The position numbers and the translations under genes were made by a program. From Verrucomicrobiota bacterium (GTDB lineage: Bacteria; Verrucomicrobiota; Verrucomicrobiia; Opitutales; Cerasicoccaceae), in assembly GCA_039818205.1 (NCBI GenBank), contig JBCBUK010000010.1, positions 32,001 to 96,000 of the forward strand: DNA of 64,000 bases, in the 5' to 3' direction. Below the pieces are notes generated by a model. It searched no databases and had not been told where the DNA came from. It saw only the letters and a list, made by a program, of their open reading frames with translations. This document shows positions 42,689 through 51,900 of the stretch, piece by piece. The number at the start of each line of letters is the position of its first letter. Positions within the stretch are counted from its first letter, which is position 1.

Positions 42689-43843
42689 TTATTTTGCTTC
42701 GTCGATTGAGGTTCCACCAGTTGCCTCTCGGGCAATCTTCTCGAATGCTTTCGAATGCTTGTCGAGGCATGTTGCCAGATCAGTTAGTGCTGTTGGCGCC
42801 GCATTGACGAGACGTCCATGGATTTCTTCGAGTTCATCGATAGCCAATAGTCCGGCTTCGTCGGCGTCAGTAGCCCCGGGCGTTGGTAACAAGCCTCCGA
42901 TTCGCCAAGTGATGTTTCGAATGAGTTCCTGAAGACGTTTTGTGATTGGATCAAAGATCAGGGTATTTGTCTGCCAGCTTGAGCATTGGGCTGAGAACCC
43001 GGCCATTTCAACCGAGAGCAACCAACAGGTCTGGCGATGCTCAAGAGAAGGAGCACCTTTTATGGCAGCATCCCAGCGTTCGAATTCGCCTAGATCTTCT
43101 TCTGAAATATCTGGCTGGGTTCCAGCGAGACTCGCTGATTCGGAAACCATGTTTTCGTAGCCCGGAATGTTTGCGGCATTACCGAGGTTCTTTGCATATT
43201 CAGCTGCGATTGCGCGCATCTTCTCGAGATCCCTGCGGCATATGGCATTGAGCGGCCAGTCGGCTTCACCGAGATTTGTGCCCTCCCAATCCTGCAATCT
43301 CGGGTGCCAACGACTGAGATAGGGGCGAACGGCGTGGTTCAGCATTCGATGACAGATCGATTCCAAGGTAATTGCGGTTTTCTGCGTGTTCGACGGAGTC
43401 GGAGGCATTTCCTTGAGCTCATCACGAACAATTTGGAAAAACTGATACAGAGAATTAAGCGCTTCGCGGATGTTCCCATCTTCATTGTTAAGGGGTTGGA
43501 TAACCGTCCGGGTTGTCATCTCATGGAAAATCCGCCGAGCAGCCGCCCGCTGCGGATTGCCGAGTTGAACCTTGGTGGCACCAAGAATCGGGATATTCAT
43601 CTCAACTTCGCTGACACCAAGAGGCGAGAGCATTTGTCGATAACCCGCTATCAATGGGCCTGCGATAAACGGTAAACTGCCCGCCAACGCGCCTAGAATT
43701 AGTATCATAAATCCGGTACTAACCCACCATTCTGTTTCGGATAGGTCGCCAGACGCAGTGTCGATTACCTTTGTGATTGCGATGAAGAGGGCGACGCCGC
43801 CTCCCAGGGCAAATCCAACAAGAAAACGTTGTATCTTTGACAT
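42689..43843 (-). CDS. two-TM protein with an uncharacterised, internally duplicated helical domain
   Basis: 384 aa; two N-terminal hydrophobic helices, then EMTTR..QPL...NIREALNSLY...LNHAVRPYLSRWHPRL; first gene of the left operon. Confidence 0.75.
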   Translation of the reverse strand: MSKIQRFLVGFALGGGVALFIAITKVIDTASGDLSETEWWVSTGFMILILGALAGSLPFIAGPLIAGYRQMLSPLGVSEVEMNIPILGATKVQLGNPQRAAARRIFHEMTTRTVIQPLNNEDGNIREALNSLYQFFQIVRDELKEMPPTPSNTQKTAITLESICHRMLNHAVRPYLSRWHPRLQDWEGTNLGEADWPLNAICRRDLEKMRAIAAEYAKNLGNAANIPGYENMVSESASLAGTQPDISEEDLGEFERWDAAIKGAPSLEHRQTCWLLSVEMAGFSAQCSSWQTNTLIFDPITKRLQELIRNITWRIGGLLPTPGATDADEAGLLAIDELEEIHGRLVNAAPTALTDLATCLDKHSKAFEKIAREATGGTSIDEAK

Positions 43844-44244
43844 CTTAACAAATCTTGGTACCTAGAAGGTGCAATAATGTCACGATCAAAGGTGTTACAA
43901 TAATAAAACGCTAGGACCTAATTCCTAACTATTTGAATTATTAAGCTCAGGTAATTGACATCGATTTGCCTCTGGAAAACATTTAAGTGACTTCGTATTT
44001 CTTGGTAAGAATTGGTCTAATTTTTGCTAAATTATCCCTTACCTCCAAATGCGTGGTCTAGGTGCCGTTGGATGATTTCTAATTTTTAAGGTTAGGCCTT
44101 CTCTGGGCATTTTTCACCAGAATGGGTTTGCTGAGAGCGCCTAGTTTTATCGATCCGGCAAAAATTACCCAAGCCAATCGGAAAAACTTGAATATTTCTT
44201 TACAAATTATACTTACTATCAATTAACCTACTAATACTCCTGCG

Positions 44245-44412
44245 ATGATCTTGGACTCCAGCCATTGTTTAATGCTGATGCCGCCACCACGACTCCCGTT
44301 GGAGTACGGACTCTGTTGGGTGTCGGTTATCCTTGTTCTGGTGGCGTTCATAATGCGCCCGGTGGAATTTCTGGCATCTTTAGAAGCGGAGGACGGGTTA
44401 TCTTTTCGTTAG
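44245..44412 (+). CDS. possible 55-aa single-TM peptide (not in track)
   Basis: MILDSSHCLMLMPPPRLPLEYGLCWVSVILVLVAFIMRPVEFLASLEAEDGLSFR*, bracketed by a 10-bp inverted repeat. Confidence 0.3.
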   Translation: MILDSSHCLMLMPPPRLPLEYGLCWVSVILVLVAFIMRPVEFLASLEAEDGLSFR

Positions 44413-44455
44413 GAGTATTAAAGGAACAGCCTTCACATATTGATCGAATCTAGCA

Positions 44456-45958
44456 ATGTCCGGGGACACTCCATATAGCGGTGAATCATTCAGGAATGAC
44501 GTTTTCGTTAGTTATTCGCACGGCAAAGAATTGGCTGAAAGCGGCCAATCTCATTTGAAACTGTGGTCGGATGTTCTTATTTCCAATTTAAAGGAATACA
44601 TCAGCGTGCCGCTTAGAAGTGCTGATGTTAAGATATGGAATGATGGTAAACTTCCTCCGAATTCGCCAATAACTGATACGATAAAAGAGGCGGTTGAAGG
44701 CTCAGCGATCCTCGTGGTAATCCTGACTGATTCTTACTTGCGCTCGGATTGGTGTAAGGCTGAGCGGGAATGGTTTGCATCAGAGGTAAGTCGTCGAGGA
44801 GGTGGTTCTGGTTTAGAAAGCGTGTTTGTCATTCGAGCCACAAATATCGAGCATGAGAAGTGGCCTGATTTTTTAAAAGACGAATCAGGCGAGCCGTCGC
44901 TTGGTATCAACTTTTGCGACCGGAAATCAAACTTTCCTTATGGATTTCCCGATCCGAATAAGGCCAAGGATCAGGGAGACTTTTATGCGTCACTGTCCAA
45001 TTTAGGTCCCAGTGTTGCCCGCGCGCTAGAGAAAGTAAAAAGCGAGTTTGAGAAAGCCCGCTCGGCCGCGAAACCAGCTGTCGCCAATAGGCCAATCGTA
45101 CGTACTGTCTATGTCGCGCCGGGTACTGAGGATGTCCGAGGCGCATTGAAGTCGATTCGTGAAAAGTTGACTCAGCGCGGCATCAAGGTAGCGCCTTCTG
45201 AAATGGTCGCGATTGATCAGATTCACGGACAGGTGACCAATGAAGTATTTGGGCAGGCTCGGGCATTTGTGCAATGCTTCGGTTATATGGCTGCGCGGAC
45301 ACCAGAAATGATCAGCCGTGTAGAGCGTCTACACAAGCTTGCTTGTGAACAGAATCTTCCTCGCTTTCTCTGGCGTGATTCGAAGATTGATATTGATCTG
45401 CTCAGTTACGATCTCGAGTACAAAAACTTTATCCAGCGATTAGTTCCGGACATTCAAATGGACATAGATGTTCTGGTAGAAGAGCTTTGCAGTAAACTAC
45501 AAGAAATTCAGCTCCCCGAAGATGGGGGTTTCTCCTCGACGGCTTATATGGAGATACCTTCCGAGGTTTATCATGAGTTTGATCGTTGGCGTAAAGATAT
45601 CCAGGTTCCGGATTGCGTTGTCTTTCCTCTTACACCTCCTCAGAAAGGCGGCATGAGTGAGATCTCCAAAGAGCGGCGCGCCAAGCAGTTGATTTATGAG
45701 GAGTGTAATGTGATCTTGCACCTCTACTGTGTTAAAGGCCAGTTGAAGTGGATGAGGGATTCGATCATAAATTCGGAAAAAGTAAAGACCAGGATTGACT
45801 GCCCTCAGAGTGCGCACCCGACAAATCTTATCGTCGATTATACGGATGAGACCGATACTGAATTGGTCGCTCAAACAATAGGCGTTCCGTTTTGTCGCCG
45901 AAGGGAAGGGGAGGATAGTGCTGCCCTTTTGTCCGCAATCAAGAAAGCGATTCGATGA
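44456..45958 (+). CDS. TIR-domain protein with additional divergent alpha/beta domains
   Basis: DVFVSYSH...IWND...AILVVILTDSYLRSDWCKAE (catalytic Glu); second unit begins RTVYVAPGTEDVR; ATGA overlap with the STAND gene. Confidence 0.88.
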   Translation: MSGDTPYSGESFRNDVFVSYSHGKELAESGQSHLKLWSDVLISNLKEYISVPLRSADVKIWNDGKLPPNSPITDTIKEAVEGSAILVVILTDSYLRSDWCKAEREWFASEVSRRGGGSGLESVFVIRATNIEHEKWPDFLKDESGEPSLGINFCDRKSNFPYGFPDPNKAKDQGDFYASLSNLGPSVARALEKVKSEFEKARSAAKPAVANRPIVRTVYVAPGTEDVRGALKSIREKLTQRGIKVAPSEMVAIDQIHGQVTNEVFGQARAFVQCFGYMAARTPEMISRVERLHKLACEQNLPRFLWRDSKIDIDLLSYDLEYKNFIQRLVPDIQMDIDVLVEELCSKLQEIQLPEDGGFSSTAYMEIPSEVYHEFDRWRKDIQVPDCVVFPLTPPQKGGMSEISKERRAKQLIYEECNVILHLYCVKGQLKWMRDSIINSEKVKTRIDCPQSAHPTNLIVDYTDETDTELVAQTIGVPFCRRREGEDSAALLSAIKKAIR

Positions 45959-48900
45959 GTGGTGCGAGCAGCAAGTCTGATGGCGTGCAAGCGTCCGCTG
46001 TAATCCGCCGGAATCCGTATCCAGGGTTGCGACCGTTTCAAGTTGACGAGTGGTCGATATTTTTTGGCCGCGAGCGTATGATTGATGACGTTATCGAGCG
46101 CATGGGTGAATCTCAATATGTGGTCATTCATGGGGCCTCTGGCAGTGGTAAGTCTTCTCTTATTCGTGCTGGCGTGATTGCCCAGTTGCAGCGGGAGCAC
46201 CAGAGCCGAGGTCTTGATTGGCGACCAGCGGTGATGATGCCTGGCAGTTCGCCGATGTGGCATTTTGCCACAGCACTCTTAACCGCGCTTTCTTCTGACG
46301 ATCATGATGAACCTTGGAAGATCGCGCAGACGCGAGTTCGCCTCAGTATGGGTTCTGATGGAGTTGCGGACCTTCTACAGGAAGCGGGCTTTGGTCCGGA
46401 CCAGCGCTTGTTCATTCTCGTTGATCAGTTTGAGGAAATTTTTCGATTCGCCGATGAAGGTGGCGTTGAAGAGGCGACGGAGTTTATTGAGCTTTTGGTT
46501 GACCTTCACCGACATCCTTTGTCCGGGGTCTATCTGGCAATGACCATGCGCTCAGACCATATTGGCGAGTGTTCCCGTTTCTCTGGTCTCTCGGAAGTGG
46601 TCAACAACTGCCAATATTTGGTTCCACCAATGGAGGAACGCGAGTTGATCGAGGCCATATGCCGACCAGCATCAATCGAGTGTGGTCACGTTTCGGAAGG
46701 GCTGGCCCTAAGGCTGATCAAAGACACGCGGCATACTCCGGATCAACTGCCATTGATCCAACACGCACTGTGCTACATGTGGGCTTTGGAAGTGGATGAA
46801 GCGCCAGATCAGAACCCGACTCTTAACCTTGACGACTATGCAAGAGATCAAATCGGCTCAGTTACACATGCTCTTTCGAACCACGCCGATGAGGCATTGA
46901 AGGAGTTGGCTTCAGATGGTCGTCCAACCTTGGACGCGGCGGAGCATGTTTTTCGAGCATTGACGCAGGTAGATAGTTCTGGGCGAACCATTCGGCGGCG
47001 ACTGGGAAGAAAGAAGCTACTTGGTGAAGTTAGTTGTTCTGAGGCAGTTCTAGATCGAGTCATCAAGGTTTTTGCGGCATCCAATCGTACGTTTCTGTTT
47101 CAGGAAAAAGAAAATCCGGAGATGGATCCGAAGGTCGATATTTCCCATGAATCCTTAATTCGCCACTGGGAAAAACTAGAGGACGATTCTATTGATCCCA
47201 AGACTGGACGACCTGGCGGATGGGTGAGTCGGGAAGCTTATGATGGCGCTGTTTGGCACGGGCTGGTTGCGACGGTTACCAGTGCCCCTCGACCATCGGA
47301 AGCCCAGCTTCCAAAGATTGTTTATGAGCGTCGGCAGGAATGGTGGCATTCGCGAAATCCTAATGCCAAATGGGCGCAGCGCCATGGTGGTCATTTCGAT
47401 GAAGTTAAGGAACTACTCAGCCGAAGCCGAAAGAAAATCGAAGATGATGAGCGCCGCCAGCGAGAGACGGAGGAAGCCAAAGAAGCTGCACGCCGGAAAG
47501 CCAAGTTTTTGGCCTGGATCGCGTCGGTTTTCGCAGTAATTGCGATTGGGATGGCGATTTTTGCCGCTAAAAAGAATTTTCAATTGCGGGAGTCGCTTGT
47601 GAACGCTGAGCGCCTCGTAGTAAGTGAGCGAGCGGCGTTGGACGAAGCGAATAGAGCCAAGAATGCCGCGTATGCATCAAAGGACAAAGCGATTAAATCT
47701 GAGGAGATGGCGATCAATGCGTTGCGGAGGCAATGGCAGTTGACATTGGACAAAGCAGACGCGTTTAAGGACGATCCAGTGGTCCGTTCGCTAATCGCGC
47801 TTGAGTTCCTTCCTGACGCCAGTGTCGAGGACGATGATCGTAAGAATTATCCTAGTATTCCTAGAGTAGAACAGGAGTTGAGAGAGGCGCTGAGCGCCGA
47901 AGCTCGGGTAGCGGTGGTCTACGAGGACCAGGAATTTGCTCAGACGATCGAGTCATTGGATTTCAATTATGATGGCAGTCAGATCGCGATGGTGTCCGAT
48001 CGTGGAGAAACCGTGCGAGTTATTGATGCATCGTCCAAGGATACCATCTCGAAAATTGAGGGAGAGTTCCGCGAGTTCGAACAGGTGAAATTTGGGCCGT
48101 TTGGATCCCGCATTGCTGTTACTCGCGATTTGTCTGGGAAATGGAGTATATTCGATGCGAAATCCGGAGTTGAGGAGCAAATGCTAGATTTTGGCCCCGA
48201 TATCGATGCTCTTGCCTGGTCGCCTGATGGTGGCCAAATCGTGACCGGGTCCATCGATGGATCGCTCCGCATTTGGGATGTTGGTAAAGACGTTCCGACA
48301 TTGGATGTTAATGTTTCCAGTATTCCAATTAGTTGGGTCGAGTTTGATTCGACGGGATCCAAGATCGTCGGTGGCCTCTATGACGGAGAATTGTTTTTTT
48401 GGGATATCGAAAAATCTGAGCGACCACAGATAATTGTGTCTGGATCAAGTCGGTTAGTGGCCGGAGCCTTGCTCCCGGATGGAAATTCTATAGTAAGGTT
48501 GTCCGATAAGGGTCAGGTGGATTTGGTCGACCTGGCATCTTCCGAGGTGAAATTGGTTACCAAAATCGATTCGGTTGGTCGCTCACTTGCGGTTGCTCCC
48601 TTTGGGCGTTGGATTGCAATTGGCTGCTCGGATGGTCGGGTTAAGATCGTCGATCTTGATAATACGAATCCAGTCGAAACGACCGATACTCTAGGGCGAG
48701 AAGTTGATGCACTTTCATGGTCTGTGAAGGGAAATTCGATGGCAGCAGGGACCTACGATGGTTCGCTTGCGATAATAAGTTTTTATACTCCAGAAGAGGA
48801 AGTGAAGGGAAAGAACCTGGAGAGCATGACAACCCAAGAACTTGTTGAGTTCGCCCAGGCGTCTCTTCCTTATTGCTTTAGCGAGAATGAACGAAAGCGA

Positions 48901-51900
48901 CTAGGGCTTAGTGAAGCGGTTCCTGATTGGTGCCGTGAAGAGCGTGCCTACCCGTTTGATGCATCCGGTCGAATGGCTCGTGCATTGGGGTTGCTCCCGG
49001 GTTTCCCAAAAAAATCTCACGATCAATTCAATGATGCGCTATTCCTTGCCGGCGATGGACAAAGCCTGGACATGATTCATGCGATTAAGAAAGGGGCCAT
49101 GCTGAGGGCCCTGACTCAGCTTTCGGATGGAGCGAAAAGCCCCTCAGAATTTAACTCGAGAAAGAAGCGCCTTGATGAATTCATTCAGCTGGCAACAGAA
49201 TTGGAGTTAGCCCCGGAATCTCAACTTAAGGACGCTGAGGTCGCTTTTCTGGTTGAATCGTCTCGGAATGTCATGCGGCATGACCGAACGAACGAACCTT
49301 TGAGTAGTAAGTGGTTGGCAGATGCGCGGGCAATTGATCATTCGGGCTCCTTAGAGGCGCGTTGGCGCTTAACGCTTGATGATGCCCGAAATTTAGCGAT
49401 AGAGGAGGAGACGGACGAAGACGCCGAAGCTGGGGTGGATCCGATCGTAGAAATTCTCATTGCTCTTGAGTTCCTACCAGCTGAAAATGCAGACATTGAT
49501 TCAGTGCCCGAGATTGTAGAATCTCTCCAAAGATCACTGCTCAACCTAAGGAACCAGCCAAGCATTGAGCGAAACATTGTCCACTCATTTGATGATGAAA
49601 TTGAAATGCTCGATATTGACGCCGATGGTCGAGCTGTTGTGCATTTTCAAGACCATGATGTCTTGTATGGGAAATCGATTGATAGTGGCCAAAGCGGGGA
49701 ATACTTTAAGCTATCAGTTGGGAATTTGAGTGCGATAGAGTTTAGTCCGAATAATTCACGGCTGCTCGTCTCTTCTTATGATGGCTTTATCGAAGTGCTG
49801 GATCCGAATAGTGGCGATCGACAGATAGATCCGATTGAAGCCCATGCGAAGGTCGTTGATGCTGTTTGGCTTTCTGACACGGAGATCGTCTACGCAACTG
49901 ATGAGGCCGTTTTCATCCGAAACCTTGATGACGTTAACCGTGTCGAAAAGCTTGAGGTTTTTGAAGAGCCAGTTTTCTTAAACGTACACCCGGAATCGAA
50001 AAAGTTACTAGTTGCTTCATCTGGCATGGCAACTGTCTGGGAATTGGATGGCGCCCCGTTTTACTCAAATTTTTCCCCTGAAGGATACTTAGGCTTTCTA
50101 CATGCTGAGTGGGCTGATGATGGAAATTTCCTTATTACGGTCGACGATGGTGACAGATTTGACATATGGCAGAAGCCAGACAACAAGCGCAGAGACTCGG
50201 GCTATGTATTAAGAGAAGTTCCGTTTGAACAGAGATTTTGGGAAGTCAACGCGATCGATGTGTCACGGGATGGACGCTGGTTGGTTATTGGAAGCGAAGA
50301 TTATTATCTCGATTTCTATGATCTGAAAGAACAACGGTTTGTCGCTGAGGCGAAAGTGGATGACGCTATAGTTTTTTTAGAATGGTCAGACTCCGGTGAA
50401 AGTGTGAACTGTTCTACCAGCGATGGAAGTATCATTCGATTTGACTTCTTCACGGTTGGGCAAAACTACCAACATCAGATTGAAGAACTTGTCGCTGGTC
50501 AAAACGTAGCGTCGGATCGCTCAGGCAAGAAAGGTCCGGGTTCAAGCCTTGTCGATCTGGCACGTAATGTCGTTCCTTACTGTTTCGGAGAGTGGGACCG
50601 AGAAAGCTTGCTTCTCGATGAGGAAATTCCTGATTGGTGTATTACTTGGAAGAAGCCACCGTTTGACTTTAGGGGTAGAGTGGATAGGGCATCCGAACTT
50701 ATGAATGGAGGAGAATCGGAAGTGGCCGATGCCTTCCGAATTTTCAAGGAATTGGAGATGTCACATCCCGAATCATTTGAAGCGATTCAGAAAGAGCGAC
50801 TCGCCTCTGTGCAGAGTCGATTGTCACAGTTGTCCGGGGATGCAGATAGCTATATTCGTTTCCAAGAGAAACTTTCAAAATTGGAGGGTTTCACTGAGCA
50901 GGTTAATGCCGTGCATCCTGAAATGGAGCTCGATTTTGATTACTATCGCTTCGAGCTCGCCGAAGGTGCGGCAAAGCAGTTACTGGAATACGATCAGATC
51001 GAGGGGGCTCGACAAGCCTTTGCAATAGCACTTGGCTATCGGCCGGAGCTAAAGGATCGGATCGTGTTATCTCACGCCGAAGCGGCCCTATCTCGAGGTG
51101 AGCTTGGCGTTGCGTTGTTACTCGCGCTTGAGGTTGCTGATTCAAATCCGGATGCGAAAGAATTCCTGGCGCGTTACCTATCATTGGACGGGCCGACTCA
51201 GCGTTGGCCTATCTCAGAATCTCCAATCATTGGTATCAGCGTTGATCCTGAGAATGGAGCTTACCTTGCGTCTGGTGGTTCTGAGGTTTATCGTTGGAAC
51301 CCAGAGAGTGAAGATTCCGAATTGTTACTAGGGGACGTTTCTGACGCTGGTCGAATCGCGTTGAGCCCCGATGGTAGTCGATTTATCGTGGGGAGTAGCC
51401 TCCTTCTTCCGCGTATCTGGGATTTCCCATCGGGTGATACCTCGGCGGTGCTGGAAACAAACGCTGGAGATAGTATCGGCGCTGCTTGGTCAAGTAATGG
51501 TGAACTCATTGCGCTGTCGGACGGTTTTGATGGCGGAACGTATATCTTTAACTCGGAGTCGGGAATTGCCGAAGCAACCCTCAAGGGGGCGAATACGAGC
51601 GACTACGGTGTTTGCTTTTCGCCAGTTGATGAGAAACTCGTTTTGACCGGAGGTAGCGGGTTGCTTCAGATTTGGGACATTTCAAGTGCTAGTCCGATAT
51701 TCACGTTAGAAGTCGACGAAAACATAGAGATTTACGACGTGGACTGGTCCGTTGATGGTGATCGAATTGTATATTGCGGTGAAAATGGCACTGCCGGTCT
51801 TCTAATTAGAGACGAAAACGGCAATTGGAAGAACACCCACGAGTTCGATCATAACTCTGAAGTCGTTTTTTCAGTAGCTTTTGATTCGACTGGCGAGCTT

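Noticed and set aside
40507..43843. Calling the TIR-SLOG arm canonical Thoeris or CBASS
   Set aside because: No SIR2, Macro or CD-NTase motifs are visible.
44232..44420. Retron msr-msd interpretation of the inverted-repeat-flanked segment
   Set aside because: No reverse transcriptase (YADD-type motif) gene in the window.
44265..44453. 62-aa track ORF before the TIR gene
   Set aside because: TTG start, no recognisable features; the overlapping ATG frame 44245-44412 is more protein-like, and neither is proven.
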